Positions 30,142-40,956 of a stretch of DNA of 64,000 nucleotides are shown here, piece after piece. A program made the position numbers and the translations under genes. Position 1 is the first letter of the stretch, and each line of letters begins with the position of its first letter. Source of the stretch: Nitrososphaeria archaeon (GTDB lineage: Archaea; Thermoproteota; Nitrososphaeria; Geothermarchaeales; JDFR-13); the NCBI GenBank assembly GCA_027078545.1, contig JALWXN010000004.1:480001-544000 (forward strand). Direction: 5' to 3'. The notes beneath the pieces are model-generated. The model saw only the letters and a list, made by a program, of their open reading frames with translations. It searched no databases and was not told the DNA's origin.

Positions 30142-30244
30142 CACAGAAACCCAGGGAAAAACAGACAGCCAGAAATACATAAACAAAAACTTACCACATC
30201 TAAAACCCCTCTGGATACAAACATACCACCAATAAACACCCACC

Positions 30245-31522
30245 AAAACAAACCCTCATAGGTATGCTGGAACTCCTTCATCACTAGGCTTGCTAGATAC
30301 TCTGCCACTGTGTTTCAAACCCTCGTAGGTATGCTGGAACCAGTGCATTCCTGATGAGGTCGAGGAATGTCCTAGAGTTTCAAACCCTCGTAGGTATGCT
30401 GGAACGAGACCGACGAAGCCGTGTAGCGGGTGGAGACCCGCGTTTCAAACCCTCGTAGGTATGCTGGAACCCTGTCCAGAGTTCCCAGTATACGTTACTA
30501 TCCACTAGTTTCAAACCCTCGTAGGTATGCTGGAACTAAGGGTTAAGAAGATGCCAGTGGAGGAGGGCGGTCGTTTCAAACCCTCGTAGGTATGCTGGAA
30601 CCCACACCGCCACCACCACCGCCACCCAAGACGGGCTGTTTCAAACCCTCGTAGGTATGCTGGAACTGTCCTTGTCCTCTTGGGGGTGGTTGAAGTGACG
30701 ACTTGTTTCAAACCCTCGTAGGTATGCTGGAACACTCATTCCTGTCTCCCTCCAGGATTTCGACCGGTGGTTTCAAACCCTCGTAGGTATGCTGGAACGT
30801 CCTTGTTTTTGTCCTTGGGGGTGGTTGAAGTGTCGTGTTTCAAACCCTCGTAGGTATGCTGGAACCTAGAGCCGACCAGAACCTACAGAAAATCAGAGCC
30901 GCGTTTCAAACCCTCGTAGGTATGCTGGAACACTCATTCCTGTCTCCCTCCAGGATTTCGACCGGTGGTTTCAAACCCTCGTAGGTATGCTGGAACCCGA
31001 AGTAACCATCCCCTAGCCACCACAGATAGCTGAAGTTTCAAACCCTCGTAGGTATGCTGGAACTTTTTCAGACAAAATGGTGTTTTTGTCGGGTTTTTAG
31101 TTTCAAACCCTCGTAGGTATGCTGGAACGTGATAGCCATGACCAACGCCGACGTATTCGACGTCTCGTTTCAAACCCTCGTAGGTATGCTGGAACACGCA
31201 CTGTTAAGATTATATGTACGCAGTGCATTCTGTTTCAAACCCTCGTAGGTATGCTGGAACGTGATTCCATGGTGAAGCCTATTCACGACGACATAGTTTC
31301 AAACCCTCGTAGGTATGCTGGAACTCCGTGGGCCCGCCACCCTCCCTGGGCGGGCGGCTTGTTTCAAACCCTCGTAGGTATGCTGGAACGCGTCGTTCAC
31401 GCTGAACCTGGTGGACTGAGGTGAGAAGTTTCAAACCCTCGTAGGTATGCTGGAACCCTTGTTGATGATTTCCAGTCTTCTCAGTATGGAGTCGTTTCAA
31501 ACCCTCGTAGGTATGCTGGAAC
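30245..31522 (-). CRISPR. CRISPR array 3, family B, about 20 repeats / 19 spacers (35-38 nt)
   Basis: Plus-strand repeat GTTTCAAACCCTCGTAGGTATGCTGGAAC; degenerate left repeat; leader on the right. Confidence 0.99.
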
Positions 31523-31650
31523 CCGTGGTTTGTATAATATTTATTTGGTTTTCTTAGTTTTTAAGTTGTTTTTTAAGGATTGGGTGGCGACCACTAAGCT
31601 CAGCAGGAGGAGTATATAAAGCCGGTCACTAGGAGGGTTATGGATATCAT
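31523..31650 (-). promoter_or_regulatory. CRISPR leader, family B (back-to-back with the cas8b promoter region)
   Basis: Inverted homolog of 40830-40956; TTTATATA box. Confidence 0.88.
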
Positions 31651-31790
31651 TTACCTCATATGAGTATAGGATAATATTGTTTCTTTCTTTGTTTTCCATT
31701 TATTATTTCTCCTCTATCATTGTTATGTTTGCCTATGAATGAACGTGGATATACTGTAAGTAGTCCCTATCGTTATGGGGTGGTTAAGCT

Positions 31791-33839
31791 GTGATCGAGT
31801 CTCTAAGGATGATTGGTCTCTGGAACTTCTCCCGTTCTGGATATAAGACCCCTAGAGAACTAGTTATCAAAGGGAGAATCGAAGACCTAGACAAATTTAT
31901 AACCAGTAGGGTCCAGGGGGTGAAGAATAGGCAGATTATAGTCCTCATACTTGACCCGGCCAACCAGACGTTAAGAGTCGTTCCACGAGAGGTATCTAGG
32001 GAGGAGCTTATCAGACTCTCATTTATAGGTCATAGGAAGGCGAATATCCCTCAGGATGTCCTCACGGTCTTATCAATTAGCTACTTGACTGGCAAGGTAG
32101 ATATAAGGAACGGGAAAGTGAAGGAGAAGAGTCCATCCATACTCACGCTTATTCGTAATCTCAGGGATAGGCTTCAGAGGATTGATGAGGAGGTTTTTAA
32201 AGCCATATGGGAGGACGAGGCCATAAATGGAGTCAAGTTTGGGGAGATAATTGAGATGCTCGGTAAAGCGTTTGAAGATAAGCGGTTTAGGGACTGGCTT
32301 AGGAGAGAGGTCTCCACCAATGAGACAGTAACCGGGTGTAAGAAGAACTGTGTATACACATTAGCGATTAAGCTAGAGAGTGGGGAGGTAGTGGAACTGG
32401 CCACAACTAGGCCCTATAAAAGATATCTGCTGGCTACAGAGATCTATCCAATAATCTCACCTAGAATCAACATTGTGAATGGCTACTGCTATGTATGCAA
32501 CGAGAGGCGTATGGTGTTGACAGAGCCGATATTCCCACAGGCCTCACTACTAAAGATCTACACACTTGACAAGATCAGCTTTGTACAGGGGTTAGCGAGA
32601 GATCCCAAAGGTAAGATGAGAAACTTCTCCATATGTCCAGAGTGTAACTTCCTAATTGTTGATGGCTTGAGGTATGTTGAGAATGAATATACCGTCAGAA
32701 AGGTAGTCGTTGCTAGACACCGGGGTGGAGGCAAAGAGGGCGATAAACGTGATAATAACCTTTATGTAAATATGTATATAGTTCCAGCCGTTTCAAACAA
32801 GAAGGTGGGGGTAGATCTCCTAGGTATTAATGAGGAGCTTAAAACTCTTTTCACTTGGGAGGATTGGAATTATTTGCAGAAATTCCTGAATAAGGTAAGA
32901 GTAAAGCTGTCCCGGATTGCTGGGTCCATGTACTATATACATCTGATATTCGGGGGGACTAAGGCAAACAGTAGTGACTTTACATATGTGGGGTCGGTAC
33001 AGGATGTACCAGTATTTGACATGATTCGACTTGCTCAAATAGTTTCTGAGGTTAAACGCGAGAGTGGCTTCAAAGCAACAGATGCCCTTCTAAGGAACTT
33101 CCCAGTAGGGACATTGAAAAATATACTAAGAGTAGATCCGAAGGAAGAGGAAGTTAGTGTCCGTGATTTCCTATATCTAATGCGGGTACTTATGGTTAGA
33201 GAGCCATTTAATGATCATTTTCTATATATTTGGGCAGGGAAGACTGCTAAAGCATTGAGATTTAGATTGAATTGGTCTAAGACTAAGAATGCCGAAAAAA
33301 TATTCATTGATACGATACTAAAGTATTTGTTTCTGTTAAAGATTATTTATAAAATACTTGGAAAGAATAATATGGGTAGCATGTCTTCTAGCAATGCTAG
33401 CCAAGCCTCCCCCACTGATCAGGTTCTTGAGGAGACGCTGAAGTTACTTGAGGATGGAGAGCTGGCCAAGTTCATAAAATTTCTGGGGCTGGACAGAGCA
33501 AAGGCTGCATTATTCCTTCTTGGTGTCCTAGTGGCTGAGATAGGATGTGAACAGGCTAAGAAGGGAGATAACAGAAAAGCAGTTCTTAACAAACTTAAAT
33601 ACCCTGGCATGGATAGGTATGATGTAGTTGACCTTGCCAATTACATACCATTCGGTCTAAGGCACTACAGAATCTTTGGAGATTATGAGACTCTGTATTC
33701 AGCGGCAAAGAGACTTCTAGATATGGGTATTGAAGATCTCGGGACACCGGAAGAGAATCTTTTCTATATACTGAGCGGATATGCATATCAGACGTATCGC
33801 CTAAATAGTGGGGGAGGATGTGGTGAGGTGGAAGGTTAA
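31791..33839 (+). CDS. cas8b: Type I-B large subunit Cas8b (Csh1/TM1802-like)
   Basis: CYVC...CPEC Zn motifs, IYTLDK..F, FLLGVL, FYILSGY C-terminus; first gene of the Cascade operon. Confidence 0.88.
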   Translation: MIESLRMIGLWNFSRSGYKTPRELVIKGRIEDLDKFITSRVQGVKNRQIIVLILDPANQTLRVVPREVSREELIRLSFIGHRKANIPQDVLTVLSISYLTGKVDIRNGKVKEKSPSILTLIRNLRDRLQRIDEEVFKAIWEDEAINGVKFGEIIEMLGKAFEDKRFRDWLRREVSTNETVTGCKKNCVYTLAIKLESGEVVELATTRPYKRYLLATEIYPIISPRINIVNGYCYVCNERRMVLTEPIFPQASLLKIYTLDKISFVQGLARDPKGKMRNFSICPECNFLIVDGLRYVENEYTVRKVVVARHRGGGKEGDKRDNNLYVNMYIVPAVSNKKVGVDLLGINEELKTLFTWEDWNYLQKFLNKVRVKLSRIAGSMYYIHLIFGGTKANSSDFTYVGSVQDVPVFDMIRLAQIVSEVKRESGFKATDALLRNFPVGTLKNILRVDPKEEEVSVRDFLYLMRVLMVREPFNDHFLYIWAGKTAKALRFRLNWSKTKNAEKIFIDTILKYLFLLKIIYKILGKNNMGSMSSSNASQASPTDQVLEETLKLLEDGELAKFIKFLGLDRAKAALFLLGVLVAEIGCEQAKKGDNRKAVLNKLKYPGMDRYDVVDLANYIPFGLRHYRIFGDYETLYSAAKRLLDMGIEDLGTPEENLFYILSGYAYQTYRLNSGGGCGEVEG

Positions 33840-33853
33840 GGAGGTGGGAGTAG

Positions 33854-34813
33854 ATGGATAGCGATATCCTGTTCATATACCAAGCCAAGATGGCTAACCC
33901 GAATGGGGATCCAGACGAGGAGAATAGGCCCAGGATGGATAAGTGGACGGGTAGGAACCTAGTCAGCGATGTTCGGCTTAAGAGATATCTAAGGGACTTG
34001 ATAATAGAGGAGGAAGGTTGGGAGAGAATCTGGGTAACAAAAGTCGAGGATAAACATGTAAGGGCTGAAGAAAGGCTCCATAAAATACCTGGTATAACCA
34101 ACGAAAGTGAACCTGAGGAAATAATAAGTAGAGTTACTTCCCAATGCATAGACGCTAGATTATTTGGGGCTACAATACCTATTCAATCAAAGGGTAAGGG
34201 TGAGGGAGAGACTCGCGGGAAGGGCCGCTCCATTAGTATAACAGGCCCTGTACAATTTACTTGGGGGTTTTCACTGCATAAGGTACAGCAGATGGAATGC
34301 ACTATAACGTCTATGTTTAAAGGTCGTCCGGGAGGTTCTGATGATGAAGGTGAGGCTGGTACGATGGGAAAGGACTATAGGGTGTACTATTCAATGATCG
34401 CTTTCTATGGGAGAGTGAGTAGTCAGAGGGCCAAGTATACTGGACTGACCTCTAAGGACTTGGAGAAGTACATCGATGGAAAGCTCTGGGAGGCTCTCAA
34501 AAGAATGACTAATACTAGGAGTAAGATAGGCCAGTCGCCACTACTATACATGAGGATACAGTATGAGGAGCCATTCTCAATCGGTGATCTGAGATCCCTC
34601 ATCGAGGTGGAGGAGCTAAAGGAGTCGATAAGGGATATGGATGACCTCAAGGTGAGCTTTGATAAGCTTGTGAAGCGATTAGAGGAGGTCAAGGACAAAA
34701 TTGTGACGGTAGTGTTGAAGGTGAATAAGGACTTCGAGGAGAGATTCGGTATTGCCAAGATATTGAAGGACAGCGCGGTTGGTGACAAGGTGAAGGCGGA
34801 GGACATGGTTTAG
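33854..34813 (+). CDS. cas7: Type I-B Cas7 (Csh2)
   Basis: NPNGDPDEENRPR, SDVRLKRYLRD, IDARLFGA, TGPVQF, TRSKIGQ. Confidence 0.96.
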   Translation: MDSDILFIYQAKMANPNGDPDEENRPRMDKWTGRNLVSDVRLKRYLRDLIIEEEGWERIWVTKVEDKHVRAEERLHKIPGITNESEPEEIISRVTSQCIDARLFGATIPIQSKGKGEGETRGKGRSISITGPVQFTWGFSLHKVQQMECTITSMFKGRPGGSDDEGEAGTMGKDYRVYYSMIAFYGRVSSQRAKYTGLTSKDLEKYIDGKLWEALKRMTNTRSKIGQSPLLYMRIQYEEPFSIGDLRSLIEVEELKESIRDMDDLKVSFDKLVKRLEEVKDKIVTVVLKVNKDFEERFGIAKILKDSAVGDKVKAEDMV

Positions 34814-34834
34814 CCCTGCCGGTGCATAGGTAGG

Positions 34835-35638
34835 ATGAAGGAGCTTGAGCTGACCTGGTTCGACGTTAAGGGCTATATGGCCCACTTCAGAAAATTTTTC
34901 TCGACTACCACATCCCTGTCCTATATATTCCCACCGAGGACAACACTAATGGGCCTTGTAGCTGCAATAATAGGGATGGATAGAGACTCGTACTACGAGC
35001 TTTTCTCGCCTAGGAACTTATTCATAAGTGTTAGGATACTGTCACCCATACGAGTGGTTTTACAGGCGATTAACCATTTAAAGGTAAAGGAGCAACCAGA
35101 GCACAATATCAGAGGCTTGTATAGGGATAAAACTGGGCGTCTTAGGACATATGAGAGGATACAAGTCACAACAGAGTACGTGATTAATGGTTGGAGTTCT
35201 GAGGACTCACTAACCTATAGAGTCTATCTGGCAAGTTTATCACGTGATACGAGTGATTATGTTGAGACGCTTAAAAACTATCTGTCAAGAAGGATATCAA
35301 TGTATCCTATATCTTTAGGTCCTGCTTATGCTTTAGCTTGGATAGACAAGTATGGAACATTGACGGCGGAGGTAAAGACGTCCACAGGTGTTAATCATAT
35401 AGATCTAGTTTCTCCAGTTCCACTAGATTATGTTCAGGAAATCGATACTGGTTATGATAATAAATCCATTTATTATGAAGAAAAGGTTCCAAGGGACATG
35501 ATGAGTGGAAGAATTATTAGATCAACAGCTGATTATCTGGTTCCTGTGGGTAAACCGTTGAAGGTGAGGCTCACTGAGGGAGTTAAGTATTATACCTTCC
35601 TTGAAGATGGATATATCCTCTCCGTAACAGCTCTATGA
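34835..35638 (+). CDS. cas5: Type I-B Cas5
   Basis: AHFRK...TSLSY.FPPRTTLMGLVAAIIG, ISLG. Confidence 0.95.
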   Translation: MKELELTWFDVKGYMAHFRKFFSTTTSLSYIFPPRTTLMGLVAAIIGMDRDSYYELFSPRNLFISVRILSPIRVVLQAINHLKVKEQPEHNIRGLYRDKTGRLRTYERIQVTTEYVINGWSSEDSLTYRVYLASLSRDTSDYVETLKNYLSRRISMYPISLGPAYALAWIDKYGTLTAEVKTSTGVNHIDLVSPVPLDYVQEIDTGYDNKSIYYEEKVPRDMMSGRIIRSTADYLVPVGKPLKVRLTEGVKYYTFLEDGYILSVTAL

Positions 35639-38229
35639 GGAGGGAAAAAGAGATGAATACTCAGTTTATCTCACACAGACCTTCTTACCCCCTAGGGAAA
35701 CATCTTCTGGAAGTATCGGGGTTGTCTTATAGGTTCGCCGAAAAGACAGGGGTGGAGGGCAAGATCATTGAGGTTGCTAGATATATAGGGGCCCTGCATG
35801 ATGTGGGGAAATATACAACATTTTTCCAGAGATATATCAGGAGGAAGCGGAGTAGATATCGAGGTAGGCATTCTCTTGTATCAGCCGTGATAGCCTATGA
35901 GGCCTCTAAGATATACGGTCCATTGGAAGACATGGGTATGGCTGAGCGGTTAGCCTACATTTTTGTACCTATTGCTTCTCACCACACTAGCCTTGACAGT
36001 CCTCATGTAAACCAATACGTCATCGACAACAATGAGACAATGTTATCTGATCAGCTGAACGATCTTTTCTTAAACAAGGAAAAGATATTTGAGGACCTTC
36101 GAAATTATGGTCTAGACTGGTTAATCACACCTTTAGACAAAACGTTTTCAAGACTAAAAGATCCGAGTACCTATATCGAGGGCCTAAGAGACGAGCTAAT
36201 CGAAGTAAACCTAGACATCTCAGAAAAAATTGAGCATTTGTCCTCGGAGGGTATGGCAGGTACATTGGAGTATTATCTTAAGTCAAAACTATTGTTTTCG
36301 ATCCTGATAGATGCGGACAAGAGAGCAGCCAGTGGTCTCATGGAGTCTCACGAGAATACGACCCATCTGATGAGTACTCATATCGAATCCTTCATAACGA
36401 GGTTCCCAGTAGAAGGGATTAACTGTGATCGTAGGCGTCTATTTGAGGTGCTTATGAAAAGGCTCTGTAGACTCTCCCCTCATGAGTATGATGTTTATGT
36501 AGTTAATGCGCCTACTGGGGCTGGTAAGACGTTGATGGGTATATATACTGCGCTTTGGATTAGGGAGCGTCTCGATGGGGATGGTCTTAGGAGGCCTGTG
36601 ATCTATGCCCTCCCACTCATAAATATTGTGGAGCAGACATACGAGGTAGTTAAGAAGATCTATTCAGAGGTACTTGGGGTTGATCATCCCGAGCCTGGTC
36701 AGCTTCTCAAGTATCACCATTTAAGCATGGTTGGGCATTTCGAGAGTAGGGATGACGAAAGGCCGGTCGATGAGCTCCTCCTCTCGGTGGACTCGTGGGA
36801 ATCCGACTTTATAGTCACCACTTTCAACCAGGTCATCGAGGCCTTTGTAAAGCCCCAGAATTCGTTGAATAAGAAGCTGCACAACATGGTTCCCTCGATA
36901 ATTATCATTGATGAGGTCCAGGCCCTGCCCACTGAGTACTGGCTCCTCCTACGGAGGCTTATCGAGGAGACTACGAGGGTATACGGGATAAAGTATGTCT
37001 TGATGAGCGCCACTATACCCCCATGGATAGTTAAGAGTGGAGACTTCAGATGGGTGGAGCTCCTGACCAACGAAAGAATAATCAATAGGATGGGTTGGGG
37101 ATATAACAGGTGGCGCCTAGTCGACCAGTCCCAGGCCGATATGGATACGGATGGCCTCGTGGATATAGCCTGTGAAATGGTTGATAGGTATGGGTCGCTA
37201 CTCATAGTGGTTAACACCATCCCAAGGTCCAAGGAGGTCTACCAAAGGCTCCGTAAGAAGCTATGCGCGAAATACAAGGTGGTGAAGTACCACACAGGAA
37301 AACAGCTCTGGTGTAGGGATAAGGGGGCCACGATAATCCTTAGCTACCTATCCACGAACGTCGTTCCAAAGGAGCGTATAGCTAGGATAGAGCGTCTCAA
37401 GCACCTGATCAGCGAGGGCTGGAGAGTAGTCCTAGTAAGTACGCAGGCCGTGGAGGCGGGTGTGGATATCGACTTCGAGGCGGGTATAAGGGATGTTGCC
37501 CCGATAGACTCGATTATACAGGTGGCCGGTAGGTGTAACAGGAATGCCAGGGGCGATCCTGCTCCGCTCCACCTAGTAAGGCTATGTAGACAAAGCGTTG
37601 ATGATGCTGAGGAGGGAGGGAGTAGTGAGAAGAGGTGCGATGCCAGGATTATATATGGCGTGGTGAGTGATGAGATCACGAGGGAGTCGTTGGAGGAGCT
37701 TAGGCGTGAGCTAAGGGATGACATTACGGAGAGGGATATGCTTCTCCGTATAGGGAGGATATTCGACAAGGTTGTTAGGAACAAGGCTGTGGAGACTAGT
37801 GACGCCTCTAAAAACGTCCTGAAGAAGATGGCTATGATAAGCCCTAGGGATAATGAGGTCAAGAACTTCAGTCTGCTGGAGGAGGGCTACAAGGCCGTGG
37901 ATATCTATGTAGAGCTCGATGATGAAGCGGTGAGGCTGAGGGAGGAGTATAACGACCTGGTAAACCAGTATAGAGATCTCCTCAGGAGGTTCTCAGAGGG
38001 TAGGGCCGAGCTTAAGGATGTTATCAACATGAGGAGGAGGCTTAGGTTGAAGTGGGCAGAGATGAGTAGGTACATAGCCAGCGACATACCCAGCAGAGTT
38101 TATATTGGTGATTATGAGGAGTGGGGGGATGCGGGGCTATATGTTGTGCGTAGCGAGGATGTTGGACACTTCTACGACCTAGTTACTGGGATAGTGCATA
38201 GGGATGGGGAGGGCACGGTCATAGACTAG
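35635..38229 (+). CDS. cas3: Cas3 HD nuclease-helicase
   Basis: LHDVGK, SHH, LIDAD, APTGAGKT, DEVQ, MSAT, STQAVEAGVDID, QVAGRCNR. Confidence 0.97.
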   Translation: MRREKEMNTQFISHRPSYPLGKHLLEVSGLSYRFAEKTGVEGKIIEVARYIGALHDVGKYTTFFQRYIRRKRSRYRGRHSLVSAVIAYEASKIYGPLEDMGMAERLAYIFVPIASHHTSLDSPHVNQYVIDNNETMLSDQLNDLFLNKEKIFEDLRNYGLDWLITPLDKTFSRLKDPSTYIEGLRDELIEVNLDISEKIEHLSSEGMAGTLEYYLKSKLLFSILIDADKRAASGLMESHENTTHLMSTHIESFITRFPVEGINCDRRRLFEVLMKRLCRLSPHEYDVYVVNAPTGAGKTLMGIYTALWIRERLDGDGLRRPVIYALPLINIVEQTYEVVKKIYSEVLGVDHPEPGQLLKYHHLSMVGHFESRDDERPVDELLLSVDSWESDFIVTTFNQVIEAFVKPQNSLNKKLHNMVPSIIIIDEVQALPTEYWLLLRRLIEETTRVYGIKYVLMSATIPPWIVKSGDFRWVELLTNERIINRMGWGYNRWRLVDQSQADMDTDGLVDIACEMVDRYGSLLIVVNTIPRSKEVYQRLRKKLCAKYKVVKYHTGKQLWCRDKGATIILSYLSTNVVPKERIARIERLKHLISEGWRVVLVSTQAVEAGVDIDFEAGIRDVAPIDSIIQVAGRCNRNARGDPAPLHLVRLCRQSVDDAEEGGSSEKRCDARIIYGVVSDEITRESLEELRRELRDDITERDMLLRIGRIFDKVVRNKAVETSDASKNVLKKMAMISPRDNEVKNFSLLEEGYKAVDIYVELDDEAVRLREEYNDLVNQYRDLLRRFSEGRAELKDVINMRRRLRLKWAEMSRYIASDIPSRVYIGDYEEWGDAGLYVVRSEDVGHFYDLVTGIVHRDGEGTVID

Positions 38230-38230
38230 C

Positions 38231-38497
38231 CTATATGATGAAGTCTGTGGGCGCCTTCTCCCTACCCAGAACCTCCTTCTTGAGGAACTTCTCGGATGGG
38301 AGGCGGTAGATAAGTATTGAGTCCTCATCCTCGTCGATGATCTCCCTCAGCATCTCCTTAAGCCTCCTCAGGTTGGCCTCCGTGATCTCACCCTCGAAGA
38401 CGCTGTTCTGAACCCAGTTGAGATAGACCCTACAGGTCTTCAACACCTTACCAAGCCTCTCAACGTTGATGTCATAGACCAGGATGACATATACCAT
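38231..38497 (-). CDS. cas2: Cas2
   Basis: ILVYDI, WVQNSVFEG, DSILIY. Confidence 0.97.
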   Translation of the reverse strand: MVYVILVYDINVERLGKVLKTCRVYLNWVQNSVFEGEITEANLRRLKEMLREIIDEDEDSILIYRLPSEKFLKKEVLGREKAPTDFII

Positions 38498-38510
38498 GCC
38501 TGGCAGCCCC

Positions 38511-39494
38511 CTATAGCTTCAAGACATATGGCCTATACTCCTCATCCCTCATCAGGTGCCTCTCAATCTTATACAGCTCTATACGTATAAGCCTCTCATA
38601 CTTCATCCTCCTCTTCCCACTCCGGAATGTCGCCTCCAGCCTATCGTTAAACTCCTTCACAAACCTCTTCATAGCCTCGCTGGTCATGAAGACCCCCTTC
38701 ACATCGTTGTGGAAGTCCCTAGGCGTTATCACCCTATTGTTCACAAGGTTGAATATAGTCCTATCGACGAATAGTGGCTTGAATATCTCGGCCACGTCTA
38801 GGTTCAGGGTGAAGCTCCTGAAGTTGGACTCGTGGAGATACCCTATACGGGGATCAAGCCTCGTCCGGTATATCTGGCCGAGCACCACCCTGTAGAGCAG
38901 GCTGTTCCCAAAGCTTATCAAGGCGTTTATCCTGTTCTCCGGTGGCCTCTTACTCCTCCTGTCGAAGCCGAAGCCCTCCCTAGTGATTATCCTGTTCCAA
39001 GCCATGTAATAGACCTTCCTAGCCCCACCCTCTAGGGCGAGTAGCTCTCCTATGGAGTCGATATTCCCCAGGTTCTCCAGCCTCCCCCTAAGTATTGATA
39101 TGGCGTCGTCGAGGTCCCTACCCTTCCTCCTATAATACATGAGCAGCCCAATCATATTCCTTATCGATCCCTCAACGAACTTCTTTGCGAGCCCTAGGCG
39201 GCACTCAGGGTTGAGGTAGCATTCAGCCTGTTTAACAGTCATGTAGCCAGAGGCGTAGAATAGCCGGGGGTAGAATGTGCCTACGTAGTGGCCATAGTAG
39301 TCGAAGAGGTGGAGTAGGATCCTGTTCTTATTGAGGAACTCGAGGAGCCTCTTATTGAACTCCACCTCTGAGAAGACGTAGATCTCGCTGACATTCGTCA
39401 CGGGTATAGATCTCTTCCCACCCTCGTAGTAGAGGTAGAGTGTGTTCCCACTCCTCTTCAAGACCCCATTCCGGAATATGTAGAGCCTCTTCAA
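38511..39494 (-). CDS. cas1: Cas1 (I-B type)
   Basis: EG.ARK.YY, RRSKRPP.N.INALISFGN, GYLHE, LDVAEIFKP. Confidence 0.97.
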   Translation of the reverse strand: MKRLYIFRNGVLKRSGNTLYLYYEGGKRSIPVTNVSEIYVFSEVEFNKRLLEFLNKNRILLHLFDYYGHYVGTFYPRLFYASGYMTVKQAECYLNPECRLGLAKKFVEGSIRNMIGLLMYYRRKGRDLDDAISILRGRLENLGNIDSIGELLALEGGARKVYYMAWNRIITREGFGFDRRSKRPPENRINALISFGNSLLYRVVLGQIYRTRLDPRIGYLHESNFRSFTLNLDVAEIFKPLFVDRTIFNLVNNRVITPRDFHNDVKGVFMTSEAMKRFVKEFNDRLEATFRSGKRRMKYERLIRIELYKIERHLMRDEEYRPYVLKL

Positions 39495-40012
39495 CCCTCG
39501 GTACCCCAGCAGAAGTCCCTGTATCCACAGCGGTTACAGAACCTGATCTTCTTTGGGGGTGGGGGCCTAGGCATCATGACTATCTCCCTGATCTCCCTCA
39601 GGACATCCTCCAACATCTCTATATCCCCCTCCTCGAGGGTGACCCTGAATGTCTTATGCTCACGTGGAACCTTTATCCTACCCTCCATCTCCACGCCGAG
39701 CTCCCTCAGCCTGTAGAGATAGTACTTCAGCTGGAGCCTAGCAGCCTCGATGAAGGATGAGGAGGTCTTCACCTCATAGACCAGCTTCCTACCCCTTACA
39801 ACAACGTCGAACTTGACCCCCTCCAGCCCAACCTCCTTAGTCTCGGTGTCGAAGCTCGTCTCATGAATGGCGCGGCCCAGGTCTATCCGGGGGTCCTCCT
39901 CGTCAGGAGTTATGCTCCGCGCCATCAGCCATACCTGCCTCTTACAGATGGCGTAGTACCAGAGGAGAGTACCGGTTATCGCCCTATCCCCATCGAGGAA
40001 GTAGCTCATCAA
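39491..40012 (-). CDS. cas4: Cas4
   Basis: CKRQ, GRAIHE, D...EVK, QLKYY, C..C.Y...C Fe-S ligands. Confidence 0.96.
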   Translation of the reverse strand: MMSYFLDGDRAITGTLLWYYAICKRQVWLMARSITPDEEDPRIDLGRAIHETSFDTETKEVGLEGVKFDVVVRGRKLVYEVKTSSSFIEAARLQLKYYLYRLRELGVEMEGRIKVPREHKTFRVTLEEGDIEMLEDVLREIREIVMMPRPPPPKKIRFCNRCGYRDFCWGTEG

Positions 40013-40055
40013 GAAAAATGTATGGTTTTACGTCGAATAAAATCAGCCCGGGAAG

Positions 40056-40823
40056 CTATCCATCGAGAATCTTGAAGAGGCCGAAGCCCTGTGGATTCTT
40101 GGAGCCCAGCCCCGCCTCATATACAACCCTTATCAGGCCCAGTGACCCCCTGAGCCTATACAGGCCCTTCCAGCCCTTGATGACCGTCCCCTTGTAATAC
40201 GTCACGACCTCCTTGGGCCTCTTAATAGGAGTGATCTCTAGGTACATCTCGCCGGGGTCGCCGTGGAGTATGCTATACTTCCTCCTAGCATTCATGTTTA
40301 TAAGCTCGGTGAACTCCCTCTCCACCGGGTTGTAGTAATATGTCTTCCTCCTACCGTCGGGTGTCTGGAGGGTTGAATATACGGTGACTGGGCTGAGCAT
40401 CCTAATCCTATACTCAGCATCCTCCCTGTCATCCCCTCCCCATCTACGGTTCTCTACATGGATACTGACAACCCTGTAGCTCGAGCCACCTATCCTGACA
40501 AACCTATTCCTAGTCAGGCCAGTGACAAACTCGTCGATAAAGGTCTTTATAGGCGAGGATATGTAGAGAGACATCTCCCCCACGGGGATACCCACGCCCC
40601 CAGCCCTGTCCCACTTGACACCCCCAAGGATATCCGAGAAGCAGAAGAGCTTAAAACTCCTCCCACCAACCCTGAAGCCCTCCTGGTGGAGGAAACGGCT
40701 CAGCTCGGGGGAGACCACCCGGTAGACCATGCTCTGCACAGCATATCTATAGTGGAGAGGGATGGGATCATCCCCAACAAACACAACCCTAACCCTAACC
40801 ACAGACAGACTAATCACACACAC
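40056..40823 (-). CDS. cas6: Cas6 crRNA endoribonuclease
   Basis: LHQEG, FKLFCFS, LSP, C-terminal GLGSKNPQGFG loop. Confidence 0.96.
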   Translation of the reverse strand: MCVISLSVVRVRVVFVGDDPIPLHYRYAVQSMVYRVVSPELSRFLHQEGFRVGGRSFKLFCFSDILGGVKWDRAGGVGIPVGEMSLYISSPIKTFIDEFVTGLTRNRFVRIGGSSYRVVSIHVENRRWGGDDREDAEYRIRMLSPVTVYSTLQTPDGRRKTYYYNPVEREFTELINMNARRKYSILHGDPGEMYLEITPIKRPKEVVTYYKGTVIKGWKGLYRLRGSLGLIRVVYEAGLGSKNPQGFGLFKILDG

Positions 40824-40829
40824 GAGAAA

Positions 40830-40956
40830 TAAACCACAAAACCTACAAAGCGACCAGGTTTATATACCTCCTCCGCTGGGCTTGGCGGTCGCTACCCAAT
40901 CCTTAAAAAACCACTTAAAACCTAAGAAAACAGAATAAAATTAATACAAACCCAGA
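40830..40956 (+). promoter_or_regulatory. CRISPR leader, family B (back-to-back with the cas6 start)
   Basis: Homologous to the reverse complement of 31523-31650. Confidence 0.88.

Noticed and set aside
30341-30376. CTGATGAG hammerhead-like core in a spacer
   Set aside because: No matching GAAA or stem II/III arrangement; it reads better as antisense coding sequence.
31622-31700. Repeat-like ACTAGGAGGGTT upstream of cas8b, suggesting a CreA/CreR-type mini RNA
   Set aside because: It aligns with the distal part of the array 4 leader, has no second pseudo-repeat, and shows only 6-7 nt of match to the cas8b promoter region.
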